Shown in pieces: positions 1 to 10,623 of a DNA stretch of 64,000 nucleotides (position 1 is its first letter; every line of letters begins with the position of its first letter). The translations under genes and the position numbers were made by a program. Source of the stretch: Deinococcales bacterium (lineage in GTDB: Bacteria > Deinococcota > Deinococci > Deinococcales > JAAFIG01); contig JAYWGM010000015.1 of assembly GCA_043778225.1 (NCBI GenBank), positions 55,031 through 119,030 on the forward strand. Direction: 5' to 3'. The notes beneath the pieces were generated by a model. The model was not told the DNA's origin. It saw nothing but the letters and a program-made list of their open reading frames with translations, and did no database searches.

Positions 1-2
1 TC

Positions 3-389
3 CGCGACAGAAGCCACCACACCCTATTCATAGACGCACGAAAACTCGGATACATGGAAACTCGAGTCAACCGCAATTTTACCGACACAGACATTGCCCA
101 AATAGCCGATACCTACCACAACTGGCGCGGCGACGGACAACAACAATACACAGACCAAGCCGGATACTGCAAAAGTGCAAACCTTGAAGAAATCAAAACC
201 CACGGGTATGTTCTAACCCCCGGACGATACGTTGGCATAGAAGCCCAAGTACCAGACAGCGAACCATTTGAGCAAAAAATGCAACGCCTCACCCAACAAC
301 TCCAGACCCAATTTGAACAAAGCACCATTCTCGAGCAACAAATCAAAAATAATCTGGAGAAACTAGGCTATGCCCTACAACCCAAATAA
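3..389 (+). CDS. hsdM: Type I restriction-modification methyltransferase subunit M, C-terminal part (truncated by window start)
   Basis: Frame is open from base 3 (RDRSHHTLFIDARKLGYMETRVNR...). It carries the typical HsdM C-terminal motifs LFIDARKLG, GYCKSA..EEI..HGYVLTPGRYVG and FEQKMQRL, and lies upstream of hsdS/hsdR. Confidence 0.93.
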   Translation, partial: RDRSHHTLFIDARKLGYMETRVNRNFTDTDIAQIADTYHNWRGDGQQQYTDQAGYCKSANLEEIKTHGYVLTPGRYVGIEAQVPDSEPFEQKMQRLTQQLQTQFEQSTILEQQIKNNLEKLGYALQPK

Positions 390-443
390 ACACCACCAAC
401 AAGGCATCAGATGATAAAAACCACGAAATTTATAATTTGGGTT

Positions 444-471
444 TGAATAATTTTTTTGTAACTCGAGCCAA
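444..471 (+). repeat. 28-bp direct repeat, copy 1 (left of DUF1016 gene)
   Basis: TGAATAATTTTTTTGTAACTCGAGCCAA; 26/28 identical to 1580..1607. Confidence 0.85.
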
Positions 472-518
472 AACAAGTGATCAACAGCGAATTGATAATT
501 TACCCTAAGGATTCTAAT

Positions 519-1586
519 ATGGCGCTTACACGCAAAAAAAACACAACTAAACCAGTAACTCAGGGTTTACAAGGTTACGAAGTATTCATTAAAGAATTAA
601 AACATTACATTCAACAAACCCAAGTGCGTGTCGCCATGACCGTTGGGCGCGAAGTATCCCAGCTTTACTGGCAAGTAGGTCAAAAATTTGTACTTGCCCA
701 ACAACAACATCAATGGGGCGATAAGATTTTAGAACAAGTTGCGGCTGATCTAAAAACAGCTTTTCCTGGGGTACAAGGTTTTTCAAAAGCCAATTTATAC
801 CGCATGAGAGCCTTTTTTTTAGCTTATCAAGATCAGAATTCAATTGTCGCACAAGCTGTGCGACAATTGCCTTGGGGTCATAATGTTGTTTTGTTACAAA
901 AAATTAAAAATCCTAACGAACGGTTATGGTACGCACAGCAAATTCTCGAGTTTGGAATGAGTCGTTCAATACTAGAATTACAAATTCAAAATGGGCTATA
1001 TCACCGGCAAGGTAAAGCCCTGACTAATTTTTCGACCACATTACCACCACTTCAATCTGATTTAGCGCAACAAATTCTGAAAGACCCCTATAATTTCGAT
1101 TTTTTAACCCTAGGTCAAGATGCCCATGAATTATCACTTGAACGAGGTTTACTCGAGCATCTGAAATTATTTTTACTTGAACTTGGTGTTGGCTTTGCTT
1201 TCGTGGGAAGTCAATATCATCTCGAGGTGGGTGCAGAAGATTTTTATATTGACTTATTATTTTATCATTTGAAATTACGGGCTTTTATTGTGATTGAACT
1301 TAAAGCCCGAGAAGTAAAACCTGCCGATATAGCCCAAGTAATGGGTTACGTGGCTGTCGTGGATGAACAATTGCGACATGAATCGGATGCGTCTACAATT
1401 GGTTTGGTTTTAGGTAAGGGCAAAAAATCGGTTATGGCAGAGTACGTTCTAAAAAATGTTAAAGCTCCGATTGGAATTGCTGAGTATTTTACAGCCGAGA
1501 CGTTACCAAATGACCTCGAGGCGGATTTGCCAAGTGTGGAGTTGCTTGAGGCGGAATTGGCTAAGTTGGGTGGTCTGGATGAATAA
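519..1586 (+). CDS. DUF1016/YhcG family PD-(D/E)XK nuclease-domain protein
   Basis: Motifs LYWQVG..I, WG.K.LE..A.DL, GFS..NL..MR.F, LPWGHN, KDPYNFDFL, LLELG.GFAFVG.Q, DLLFYH.KLR.F.VIELK. ATG at 519 is preceded by TAAGGA (ORF track starts at 477). Confidence 0.93.
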   Translation: MALTRKKNTTKPVTQGLQGYEVFIKELKHYIQQTQVRVAMTVGREVSQLYWQVGQKFVLAQQQHQWGDKILEQVAADLKTAFPGVQGFSKANLYRMRAFFLAYQDQNSIVAQAVRQLPWGHNVVLLQKIKNPNERLWYAQQILEFGMSRSILELQIQNGLYHRQGKALTNFSTTLPPLQSDLAQQILKDPYNFDFLTLGQDAHELSLERGLLEHLKLFLLELGVGFAFVGSQYHLEVGAEDFYIDLLFYHLKLRAFIVIELKAREVKPADIAQVMGYVAVVDEQLRHESDASTIGLVLGKGKKSVMAEYVLKNVKAPIGIAEYFTAETLPNDLEADLPSVELLEAELAKLGGLDE

Positions 1587-1607
1587 TTTTTTTGTGGCTC
1601 GAGCCAA
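1580..1607 (+). repeat. 28-bp direct repeat, copy 2 (right of DUF1016 gene)
   Basis: TGAATAATTTTTTTGTGGCTCGAGCCAA; overlaps the DUF1016 stop codon. Confidence 0.85.
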
Positions 1608-1616
1608 GGCGAATTT

Positions 1617-2888
1617 ATGAACAATGTAACTGTATACCGTTTCTCTGATTTATTTGAGAAAATAGTTGATAATCGAGGTAAGACAGTACCGACTGAAGAT
1701 TCTGGGATGCCGCTAATCGCAACGAATTGTATTAAAAATGATTCGTTGTATCCTGTATACGAAAATGTCAGGTTTATTTCTGATGAGACGTATAAAACTT
1801 GGTTTCGTGGACATCCAGAACCTAATGATCTAATTTTTGTTTTGAAAGGCTCACCGGGGCGCGTATGTATAGCCCCTGATCCAGTAGATTTTTGCATTGC
1901 ACAGGATATGGTGGCTTTACGTCCTGACGATACGAAAGTTTATTGGAAATTTTTATTTGCTCTTTTAAGATCATCAGAAATGCAGTCTAAGATTGGGAAT
2001 ATGCACGTTGGCACTTTAATTCCACATTTCAAAAAGGGTGATTTTGATAATTTGTATTTGTCTATTCCAGATAGAAAAACTCAAGAATTTATTGGGGATT
2101 TATATTTTTTAATCTCGAGTAAAATCGAATTGAACCGTGCTACCAATGCTACGCTCGAGGCTTTGGCGCAAACCCTTTTCAAATCTTGGTTTGTGGATTT
2201 TGATATTGTGAAAGCCAAAGCGCTTGGTCTCGAGCCAAAGGGTGTGGATGCCAGTACAGCCGCATTATTTCCAAGTGCTTTTGTTAGCTCGAGCATGGGC
2301 GAAATTCCAGAAGGCTGGGAAATAAGAGGAATAGATAGTATTGCAGATTTTTTGAATGGTCTTGCGATGCAAAAATACCCTCCAAAAAGCAATTTGTCAT
2401 TACCTGTTATTAAAATTGCCCAACTTCGTAAAGGTGATACTGTCGGCGCTGACCGAGCGAGTACAGAATTGCCAGAAGATTACATTATACAAGATGGAGA
2501 CGTACTTTTTTCATGGTCGGGAAGTCTGGAAGTCGTGATGTGGACAGGTGGAATTGGCGCACTGAATCAGCATTTATTCAAAGTTACTTCTCAGGAATAC
2601 CCAAAATGGTTTTATTACCTTTGGACGCTCGAGCATTTAGCGGAATTTAGACATATTGCCGAAAGTAAAGCAACGACAATGGGACATATCCAAAGAAAAC
2701 ATTTGAGCCAAGCTCGAGTGAATGTCCCGCCTCGAGAAATCCTTGATAAGCTCGGAGCAATTTTAGAACCGCTTGTTGAAAATATGTACTTAAATAACCT
2801 TGAATCTAAACGACTTACCACTACTCGAGATTCGTTGCTTCCTAAGTTGCTGTCTGGGGAAATTGAAGTTGGAGACATAATCATATGA
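1617..2888 (+). CDS. hsdS: Type I restriction-modification specificity subunit S
   Basis: Two TRDs separated by KIELNR.TNATLEALAQTLFKSWFVDF and G.IPEGW; C-terminal RDSLLPKLLSGEI. Confidence 0.95.
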   Translation: MNNVTVYRFSDLFEKIVDNRGKTVPTEDSGMPLIATNCIKNDSLYPVYENVRFISDETYKTWFRGHPEPNDLIFVLKGSPGRVCIAPDPVDFCIAQDMVALRPDDTKVYWKFLFALLRSSEMQSKIGNMHVGTLIPHFKKGDFDNLYLSIPDRKTQEFIGDLYFLISSKIELNRATNATLEALAQTLFKSWFVDFDIVKAKALGLEPKGVDASTAALFPSAFVSSSMGEIPEGWEIRGIDSIADFLNGLAMQKYPPKSNLSLPVIKIAQLRKGDTVGADRASTELPEDYIIQDGDVLFSWSGSLEVVMWTGGIGALNQHLFKVTSQEYPKWFYYLWTLEHLAEFRHIAESKATTMGHIQRKHLSQARVNVPPREILDKLGAILEPLVENMYLNNLESKRLTTTRDSLLPKLLSGEIEVGDIII

Positions 2889-3931
2889 AGTTTCTTCAGG
2901 CAGAATTTGAACAAGATTTACTCGCAGAGATTGATGATAGTGGAGCAATCCGTATTGGCGAATCTTTATTTAGTCCTGTTGATATTTTGAGTAGTGACCA
3001 AGAAGCGTATGAAAACGAACTGACACTGTGGCGATCAGAGGTGTGGTTGCCACCAAAACTCGAGAAATTAAAGAAAATTCTTGAACTTGAAAATAACCAG
3101 CATCGGTTTGCAGATTTACTCGAACTCTTATTACGGAACAAAGTTGTCCCATTTGTTGGTTCTGGTATGTCCGCTTCTTCAAGTATGCCAATGTGGACAA
3201 AGTTTTTATGGCAACTTCAAACACAATCTACTTTGGCTGCAACAGATCTACAGGCTATGATTGATGCTGGGAATTATGAAGATGCGGCTTCGGCACTGAT
3301 TGCTAATATGCCCAATCCACTATTTAACGAAAAGTTAGAGCAGACATTTCGAGCAAGACAATTAGATAATGTTGTAGGTGCGGTCAAGTACCTACCACGT
3401 ATTTTTGCTTCAACTGTTGTAACTACAAATTATGACAACATTTTAGAATTGGTTTTTCAGGATTTGGAAATTGAATTTGACGAAATTTTATTTGGGAAAC
3501 GAATAGAAGACCACTCAGAGTTTCGTCGTAATGAACAACGTTGCTTATTGAAATTGCATGGCGATTTTAGAAGACCATCTACTCGAGTTTTAACTAAGCC
3601 TGAGTACGACTCATGTTATCAAGAGGGTAGTGCTTTCAAAGCAGAATTATCTCTTATTTATCAGGCAAATTCATTGTTGTTTCTTGGCTGTAGTTTACAG
3701 AATGACCGAACAGTTTCTTTGTTGGCTGAGGTTGCATCAAGAGACCCAACTATGCCACGTCATTATGCTTTTTTGGCTTCACCAGACACCCCAGAAGATA
3801 GAATAAGACGTGAACATTTTTTAACAGACCGAAAAATTTTTCCTATCTGGTATCCTGTTTTAGAACATAATCACGATGAACCAATCGAAGCGCTTTTAAT
3901 CGGTTTAATGCAAGGTTTAGGGAAAATATGA
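2885..3931 (+). CDS. SIR2-like (SIR2_2) domain protein, putative NADase defence effector
   Basis: Motifs [40 protein letters not shown] overlaps with both hsdS and hsdR. Confidence 0.85.
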   Translation: MKFLQAEFEQDLLAEIDDSGAIRIGESLFSPVDILSSDQEAYENELTLWRSEVWLPPKLEKLKKILELENNQHRFADLLELLLRNKVVPFVGSGMSASSSMPMWTKFLWQLQTQSTLAATDLQAMIDAGNYEDAASALIANMPNPLFNEKLEQTFRARQLDNVVGAVKYLPRIFASTVVTTNYDNILELVFQDLEIEFDEILFGKRIEDHSEFRRNEQRCLLKLHGDFRRPSTRVLTKPEYDSCYQEGSAFKAELSLIYQANSLLFLGCSLQNDRTVSLLAEVASRDPTMPRHYAFLASPDTPEDRIRREHFLTDRKIFPIWYPVLEHNHDEPIEALLIGLMQGLGKI

Positions 3932-6900
3932 GTCAAAATTTTAACGAAAATACTGTTGAACAAGCCACGCTCGAGTGGTTGCGTGGTCTTGGTTACGAGT
4001 ACGAATTTGGTCCGAGTATTGCGCCAGAAGAAAAACGTGCCGAACGAGCTTCTTTTCGTGAGGTGTTGCTCCTCGAGCGTTTGCGGGTTGCTTTGCAGCG
4101 TTTGAATCCCACTGCTCCTCTAGCGGCACTCGAGGAGGCGGTACGGCGTGTTTCCACACCAGAATTTCCTGCGTTAATGCAGAACAATCGGGCGTTTCAT
4201 AGGTTGCTTGCCGAGGGTGTCGAAACCGAGGTGCTGCAAGATGGTGTGTTGCGTGGTGTGCTGGTGCGTTTGGTGGATTGGGATAATGTGGATGCCAATA
4301 ATTGGTTGGTGGTTAATCAATTAACGGTTGTGGATGGGCAGATTAACCGTCGTCCAGATGTTGTGGTGTACTTGAATGGGTTGCCAATTGCGGTCATTGA
4401 ACTTAAAAACGCGGCGGATAAGAAAGCCACCATCGAAAATGCGTATCAGCAGCTTAGGACGTATCAAAATCAAATTAGTCGATTGTTTGTTTTTAATGCC
4501 TTGTTGGTTATTTCCGATGGTGTGCAGGCTCGGCTTGGTTGTGTTGGGGCAGAAATGGAGCGTTTCCAACCGTGGAAAACTGTTTCTGGTACAGAATTAC
4601 TGCCCGAATCTCTGGAGACGCTGATTAAAGGTGTCTTTGACCGTTCGCGTTTACTAGCGTTCCTGCGTGGTTTTATTGTTTTTGAGGATTTTGGCTCGAG
4701 TATTCAAAAGAAAATTGCGGCGTATCATCAGTTCTTCGCGGTGCAAAAAGCCTTGCAGAGTACCGTAGTGGCTTCAAGTGCGGCTGGCGATGGCAAAGGC
4801 GGTGTGGTCTGGCATACCCAAGGAAGCGGTAAGAGTTTAACAATGGTGTTCTTCGCGGGTGGCTTGGTGCAAAGTGCAGCGCTGGCAAATCCAACCATTG
4901 TTATTTTGACAGACCGTAACGATTTAGACGATCAGTTATTTGGGACATTCTCGAGGTGTAAGGATTTGTTGCGTCAAACGCCTGTACAAGCGGGTAATCG
5001 GGCGGATTTGCGGGGGTTACTCGAGCGTGAGGCGGGTGGGGTGGTTTTTACAACCATTCAAAAGTTCTTACCCGAGGAACGCGGTGATAAATTCCCAAGG
5101 TTATCGGCGCGGCGTAATATCGTGGTTATTGCCGATGAAGCGCATCGCAGTCAGTATGGTTTTGAAGCCAAAGTGGATTTGCAAACAGGGGATTTGCGTT
5201 ATGGTTTCGCGCAGAATGTACGCGATGCGCTACCAAACGCTACTTTTCTTGGTTTTACGGGTACGCCAGTCGAAAGTACCGATAAGAACACCCGAGGTAT
5301 TTTTGGTGAGTACATTGATATTTACGATGTGCAACGGGCAGTGCAGGACGGCGCGACTGTGCCTATTTATTATGAGTCTCGGTTAGCTAAACTCGATTTG
5401 CTCGAGTCGGAAAAACCGCGTTTAGATGATGATTTTGAAGAAGTAACCGAGGGCGAAGAAGCCTTTAGTAAGGAAAAACTGAAATCTAAATGGGCGCAAC
5501 TCGAGGCGCTGATTGGTACGAAAAAGCGGCTTGAGCAAATTGCAGCCGATTTGGTGCAGCATTTTGAAGCACGGCAAGATGTGTTGCTTGGTAAGGGCAT
5601 GATTGTTTGTATGAGTCGCCGTATTTGTGTGGATTTGTACAATGAACTGATTAAATTGCGTCCGACTTGGTTTGGTGCGTCTGATACAGAAGGTGTGCTT
5701 AAAGTGGTGATGACAGGTGCGGCTTCTGACCCTGACGATTGGCAACCGCATATTCGTTCTAAAGCCAGACAGCGTGATATTGCCGAGCATTTTCGGGATG
5801 ATACTTCCAATCTTAAATTGGTCATTGTGCGTGATATGTGGCTGACAGGTTTTGATGTGCCGTGTTTGCACACCATGTACTTGGATAAACCAATGCGTGG
5901 ACATGGGTTAATGCAGGCGATAGCTCGAGTCAATCGGGTTTTTAGTAATAAGCCAGGTGGTTTGGTCGTGGATTACCTTGGTTTGGCGAATAATTTGCGT
6001 GAGGCATTGGTCACGTACACCAGTAGCGGTGGGCAGGGTGCGCCGACGCTTGACCAAGAAGCGGCTTTTGCAGTGATGCAGGAAAAACTTTCGATTTGCC
6101 GTGGTTTATTTCATGGTTTTGATTACTCGGATTTTATGACTGGTTCACCATCTGATCGGGTGGCGATTCTGCCCGAAGCTCAGGATTTTATTTTGGCTCA
6201 AGATCGCGTAAAAGGTAAGGAACGCCTGATTAAAGCCTCGCTTGAACTTGCCAAAGCCTTTGCGTTGTCTGTACCACTCGAGGAAGCATTGGCTTTGCGT
6301 CAAGAAATTGTGTTTTTTCAGACTGTCCGCGCTATTTTCGAGAAACGCGAAGGTACAACCAATCAAGCTGCCAGTTCAGATTTGCACGATGCGATTCAGC
6401 GTTTGGTTGAACGGGCAGTTGCGCCCGAAGGTGTGATTGATATTTTTGCGGCGGCAGGTTTGAAAAAACCTGACATCAGTATTTTATCGGATTCTTTTCT
6501 GGCAGATGTGCAAAATATGCCGCAACGTAATTTAGCCGTAGAACTGCTCGAGCGTTTAATGAAAGACGAAGTGAAAACAGGTTCTAAACGCAATTTGGTA
6601 CAATCCAAGGCTTTTTCGCAAAAACTCGAGGCTGCCTTATTAAAGTATCAGAATCGGGCAATAGAAACAGCGCAAGTTATTGAAGAACTAATTGCCTTGG
6701 CTCGAGCTTACCGTGATGTGCAAAACCGAGGCGAAAGCATGGGGCTTGCCGAAGATGAAATTGCTTTCTACGATGCTTTACAAGTCGGCGACCCTAGTCA
6801 AATCATGGCGGATGATGTGCTGCGGACTATTGCTTTAGAAGTAGCACAAACTGTGCGGAACAACACCACAATTGACTGGGCGGTGCGTGAACAAGTCCAA

Positions 6901-7029
6901 GCAAATTTGCGGCGATTGGTTAAACGTGTATTGCGTAAATACGGCTATCCACCTGAGCAGCAAGAAGCAGCCACAAACACGGTTTTGGAACAAGCCAAAT
7001 TACTGGCACAATTGAATCAGGAGACGTGA
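3928..7029 (+). CDS. hsdR: Type I restriction endonuclease subunit R
   Basis: [20 protein letters not shown] nuclease motif, WHTQGSGKS Walker [32 protein letters not shown]. Confidence 0.97.
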   Translation: MSQNFNENTVEQATLEWLRGLGYEYEFGPSIAPEEKRAERASFREVLLLERLRVALQRLNPTAPLAALEEAVRRVSTPEFPALMQNNRAFHRLLAEGVETEVLQDGVLRGVLVRLVDWDNVDANNWLVVNQLTVVDGQINRRPDVVVYLNGLPIAVIELKNAADKKATIENAYQQLRTYQNQISRLFVFNALLVISDGVQARLGCVGAEMERFQPWKTVSGTELLPESLETLIKGVFDRSRLLAFLRGFIVFEDFGSSIQKKIAAYHQFFAVQKALQSTVVASSAAGDGKGGVVWHTQGSGKSLTMVFFAGGLVQSAALANPTIVILTDRNDLDDQLFGTFSRCKDLLRQTPVQAGNRADLRGLLEREAGGVVFTTIQKFLPEERGDKFPRLSARRNIVVIADEAHRSQYGFEAKVDLQTGDLRYGFAQNVRDALPNATFLGFTGTPVESTDKNTRGIFGEYIDIYDVQRAVQDGATVPIYYESRLAKLDLLESEKPRLDDDFEEVTEGEEAFSKEKLKSKWAQLEALIGTKKRLEQIAADLVQHFEARQDVLLGKGMIVCMSRRICVDLYNELIKLRPTWFGASDTEGVLKVVMTGAASDPDDWQPHIRSKARQRDIAEHFRDDTSNLKLVIVRDMWLTGFDVPCLHTMYLDKPMRGHGLMQAIARVNRVFSNKPGGLVVDYLGLANNLREALVTYTSSGGQGAPTLDQEAAFAVMQEKLSICRGLFHGFDYSDFMTGSPSDRVAILPEAQDFILAQDRVKGKERLIKASLELAKAFALSVPLEEALALRQEIVFFQTVRAIFEKREGTTNQAASSDLHDAIQRLVERAVAPEGVIDIFAAAGLKKPDISILSDSFLADVQNMPQRNLAVELLERLMKDEVKTGSKRNLVQSKAFSQKLEAALLKYQNRAIETAQVIEELIALARAYRDVQNRGESMGLAEDEIAFYDALQVGDPSQIMADDVLRTIALEVAQTVRNNTTIDWAVREQVQANLRRLVKRVLRKYGYPPEQQEAATNTVLEQAKLLAQLNQET

Positions 7030-7073
7030 CCTAAGAAGGTACGCTGTACACCTCTAAGTGCTAAAATCTGTTT

Positions 7074-9059
7074 ATGCCTTTGCAACTTTCGGTCTGCGAT
7101 TACCCCGAACACCTCCCACCCGAAGAATGGGCGCAATTCCCTAAAAAAATGCGCCAACTGGGGCTAACTTTTGTGCGAATTGGCGAATTTGCATGGTCAA
7201 AGCTCGAGCCAAGCGCTGGGAATTACCAATTTGACTGGCTGGATATTGCCATCGAAGCCCTCCACGCTGAAGGGCTAAAAGTGGTACTCGGCACGCCAAC
7301 CGCCACACCGCCAGCTTGGTTGGTGCGTCAATATCCGAGCATTTTGCCTGTAGATATTGAAGGGCGAACTCGAGAATTTGGCTCGAGACGGCATTATGAT
7401 TTCTCGAACGATGTCTACTGGCAGCACTCAGCCCGAATTGTCGAGGTCTTGGCAAAACGCTATGGAAATCATCCAGCCATGGCTGGCTGGCAAACCGATA
7501 ACGAATATGGCTGCCATGATACGACCCGCTCGTATAGCCAACAAGCCAAAGAAAAATTTCAGGGCTGGCTCGAGCAAAAGTACGTCTCGCTCGAGGCGCT
7601 GAATACCGCTTGGGGAGCAGTTTTTTGGTCGCAGGAGTACACTGCTTGGGGACAGATTGGCTTGCCAAATTTAACCGTTACCGAAGCCAACCCAAGCCAT
7701 ATTTTGGATTTTATGCGTTTCTCGAGTGACCGTGTAGCAAGCTACGACCGAATGCAGACCGAGATTATCCGCGCTCACAGCCCAAATCGTTTTGTGACCC
7801 ACAATTATATGATCTTCTTTTCGGATTTTGACCATTACAAGGCTGCTGCACATCTGGATTTTGTGACTTGGGATAATTACCCGACGGGGATGCTCGAGTT
7901 TTTTGCGCCGCATGGTACATCTGAGGAAACCAAGAACAAATTTGCCCGAACTGGACATCCAGATTTGGTGGCACTTAACCACGATATTTACCGAGGCTTA
8001 AAGAATAAGCCGTTTTGGGTTATGGAGCAGCAATGCGGACAGGTCAATTGGTCGCCGTATAATCCGTTGCCCGCCCCCGGGGCAGTCCAGCTTTGGACAC
8101 TCCAAGCCATGAGTCATGGGGCAAATGTGGTTTCGTATTTTCGTTGGCAGGCGGCTCGAGAAGCCCAAGAAGATTATCATTCGGGCTTGTTGCGTCACGA
8201 TGGCTCAGAAGACCGTGGCTACGCTGAGGTCAAACGCCTTGCGCCGCACCTCGAGAAATTGTCCGATGAATTAGCGCCATGCCGTGTTTGTATTTTGCAC
8301 GATTACGAATCTTTGTGGGCTTACGATGTCCAAAAACACCATGCCGACAGTTCGTATTGGTCGCAGATGATGATGTACTACACCGAACTGCGTCAAGTCG
8401 GTGTGGATGTGGATGTGCTGCACCCGATGTCAGATTTAAGCGCCTATGGTTTGATTATTGCTCCAGCCTTGATTATTGGTTCGCTCGAGTTAGCCAATCA
8501 CCTCGAGCAGTACGCCCAAGCTGGCGCAACCGTGGTTTTTGGTACACGTACAGGGTTTCGTACTTCTACTGGCGCAGTCCCCAAAGAAAACCCAATGACC
8601 AAATTGGCTGGGGTTAAAGTCAAGAACTTCGATAGCCTGCGCCCCGGTTTACACTCGAGCATCGAAGCCTTTGACCAAAGTTTTGCCACCCACACTTGGA
8701 ATGAATCGCTCGAGTTACTTGACCCAGACATCCGCGTTTTAGGCACATTTTTTGACGACCCACTGTACAGCCAAGCTGGCATCACTTACCGACCCATGAA
8801 CACCGGCGGAATTATGTACATTGGCGTTTGGGGCGAGAAAATCGTTAAGCGCAGCCTCGAGTATGCGCTTTTTCGGGCTGGCATCAGCCATCAAGAACTC
8901 GAGCCGGGTTTGCGCCTGACACGGCGCGGCGGCTTGGTTTATGCCCAAAACTGGACTCGAGGTGGAATTTCTTTGCCCCTAGACCCAGACACCGAATTTG
9001 TCTATGGCGACAGCCTGATCGAGCCTTATGGCGTAACGGTCTACAAAGATAAGGAGTAA
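7074..9059 (+). CDS. Beta-galactosidase, glycoside hydrolase family 42
   Basis: [47 protein letters not shown] motifs. Confidence 0.93.
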   Translation: MPLQLSVCDYPEHLPPEEWAQFPKKMRQLGLTFVRIGEFAWSKLEPSAGNYQFDWLDIAIEALHAEGLKVVLGTPTATPPAWLVRQYPSILPVDIEGRTREFGSRRHYDFSNDVYWQHSARIVEVLAKRYGNHPAMAGWQTDNEYGCHDTTRSYSQQAKEKFQGWLEQKYVSLEALNTAWGAVFWSQEYTAWGQIGLPNLTVTEANPSHILDFMRFSSDRVASYDRMQTEIIRAHSPNRFVTHNYMIFFSDFDHYKAAAHLDFVTWDNYPTGMLEFFAPHGTSEETKNKFARTGHPDLVALNHDIYRGLKNKPFWVMEQQCGQVNWSPYNPLPAPGAVQLWTLQAMSHGANVVSYFRWQAAREAQEDYHSGLLRHDGSEDRGYAEVKRLAPHLEKLSDELAPCRVCILHDYESLWAYDVQKHHADSSYWSQMMMYYTELRQVGVDVDVLHPMSDLSAYGLIIAPALIIGSLELANHLEQYAQAGATVVFGTRTGFRTSTGAVPKENPMTKLAGVKVKNFDSLRPGLHSSIEAFDQSFATHTWNESLELLDPDIRVLGTFFDDPLYSQAGITYRPMNTGGIMYIGVWGEKIVKRSLEYALFRAGISHQELEPGLRLTRRGGLVYAQNWTRGGISLPLDPDTEFVYGDSLIEPYGVTVYKDKE

Positions 9060-9165
9060 TGCAAATTTAAGTTAAGGTATCAATCCAAGAAAACCGTGTG
9101 TAGGGGCAGACCCCCGCGTCTGCCCTGCTAGGAATTAGTTCAAAGTAATTTGGCTTTGGTACTTA
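9055..9165. repeat. 111-bp dispersed element (REP-containing, MITE/REPIN-like), copy 1
   Basis: Near-identical to 55274..55384; contains GTAGGGGCAGACCCCCGCGTCTGCCC, a GTAG-led palindrome. Confidence 0.85.
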
Positions 9166-9276
9166 AAAGTGAATAGCTGCATCCTAAAACCGATAAAAAG
9201 TACCAAGGTTTAGGGCGATTTTTGCCTTAAAACCAATCAACCCGTTTTGTTCCTCGGACTGCTGTAAACTAGAGCC

Positions 9277-9864
9277 ATGGCAGATGCAACTTCTCGCAAA
9301 GAACAAATTTATAGAGCTTCGGCAAAACTCTTTTCGGAGCGCGGTTATCATGCCACCAGTATGCGTGATTTGGCTCAGGCGCTCGGTGTCCAAGGCGGGA
9401 GTTTGTACGCTCATATCTCGAGTAAAGAAGAATTGCTCTGGGAAATTGTCAATCGGGCTGCTGATGAATTCGATGCGGCGCTCGAGCCAATCCGCGACAG
9501 CCGCTTAAACGCCAGCGAAAAACTCCGCGCTGCCCTCGAGGCGCATTTTAAGGTGATTTCCTTAAACCGTGAAATTGTGACGGTCTTTTTTCATGAATGG
9601 AAGCATTTACCAATTGTCAAAATGGAAGAAATTACGGAGCGCCGTGCCAGTGTCGAACGGATTTACCGCCAAATTCTCGAGGAAGGCGTAAAAAATGGGC
9701 ATTTTCGCAAAGACTTGGATTTTAGGTTAGCCAGTTTGCTGTCCTTATCGAGTGCCAATTGGACGTACCAATGGCTCAATCCCAACGGGCGCTTATCGGC
9801 AAAAGAAGTCGCCGATTCTTTTTGTGCCATGCTCTTGGATGGATTTAAGAAGCCTCAGGGCTGA
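9277..9864 (+). CDS. TetR/AcrR family transcriptional regulator
   Basis: LFSERGYHATSMRDLAQALGVQGGSLYAHISSKEELL HTH. Confidence 0.93.
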   Translation: MADATSRKEQIYRASAKLFSERGYHATSMRDLAQALGVQGGSLYAHISSKEELLWEIVNRAADEFDAALEPIRDSRLNASEKLRAALEAHFKVISLNREIVTVFFHEWKHLPIVKMEEITERRASVERIYRQILEEGVKNGHFRKDLDFRLASLLSLSSANWTYQWLNPNGRLSAKEVADSFCAMLLDGFKKPQG

Positions 9865-10601
9865 ATTATACCAATCATTCCACCGAACTCGCCGTCGTCG
9901 TCTCGAGTTTTGGGGATTCGCATCGCGGAAATACTGCCATCTAAGTACAGGGCGTTTTGGCATTTTAAGATGTCGCGCATAAACATGGCGGTGTCGTAGA
10001 AATTGACCCAATCATCGCTAATCACCAAATGGACTTTTGATCTTGACTCGACCCCAATTATGTTGCGTGGCAAGCGATTAAAACTGTTTTTTTGAAAGGC
10101 GCTATGGATTTTGCCGTTTCTGACCAACATTGGACCAGACTGTGTTGCTTCGAGCGCAGCAGGGGCTAGGCGTTGATAGTCGAGCGTCTCGAGGATACGC
10201 GCCCCAGATTTCTCGAGAAAAAATACACCGTTGGGTTGAAGATAAAAATTGCCATAACCACTGCGCCGCGTTTTTAATGGATGCAGCACTTTTCCACGTT
10301 CGATGTGTAAGCCCAGTGGGGCTTGGGAAGTATCAAAAATCCCTGCATTCATGGCAGTCAACAAACGAATTTTATTTTTTACAAGGTGTTTCTCGAGGTT
10401 TTTAAGGCTCGAGAATGGCTTGCCTTGCGGGTTTTTCCAAAACATTTTCAGTTGTACTTTGGTTAAGTCGGCACTGACTACCGTAAATCGTGTGCCATTG
10501 TACTCGAGTTGACGAATCTCAATCCCCAAAGTTTGCGGCGCGGCGCGGCTCGAGGTCATACCAAGAAAAATAGAAATCAAGAAAAGGAATCGAATCGCCA
10601 C
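9855..10601 (-). CDS. Secreted phosphodiester glycosidase (NAGPA/YigE-like) family protein
   Basis: Signal peptide; AMNAGIF, GNFYLQPNGVF, ATQSGPMLV, NALYLDG motifs. Confidence 0.8.
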   Translation of the reverse strand: MAIRFLFLISIFLGMTSSRAAPQTLGIEIRQLEYNGTRFTVVSADLTKVQLKMFWKNPQGKPFSSLKNLEKHLVKNKIRLLTAMNAGIFDTSQAPLGLHIERGKVLHPLKTRRSGYGNFYLQPNGVFFLEKSGARILETLDYQRLAPAALEATQSGPMLVRNGKIHSAFQKNSFNRLPRNIIGVESRSKVHLVISDDWVNFYDTAMFMRDILKCQNALYLDGSISAMRIPKTRDDDGEFGGMIGIIQP

Positions 10602-10623
10602 GTCGCTCAGTTTAAGCCATGTT

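Noticed and set aside
1..7029. Integrative element or prophage boundary around the R-M locus
   Set aside because: No integrase, tRNA or att-like site is visible at the right edge; the left part is outside the window.
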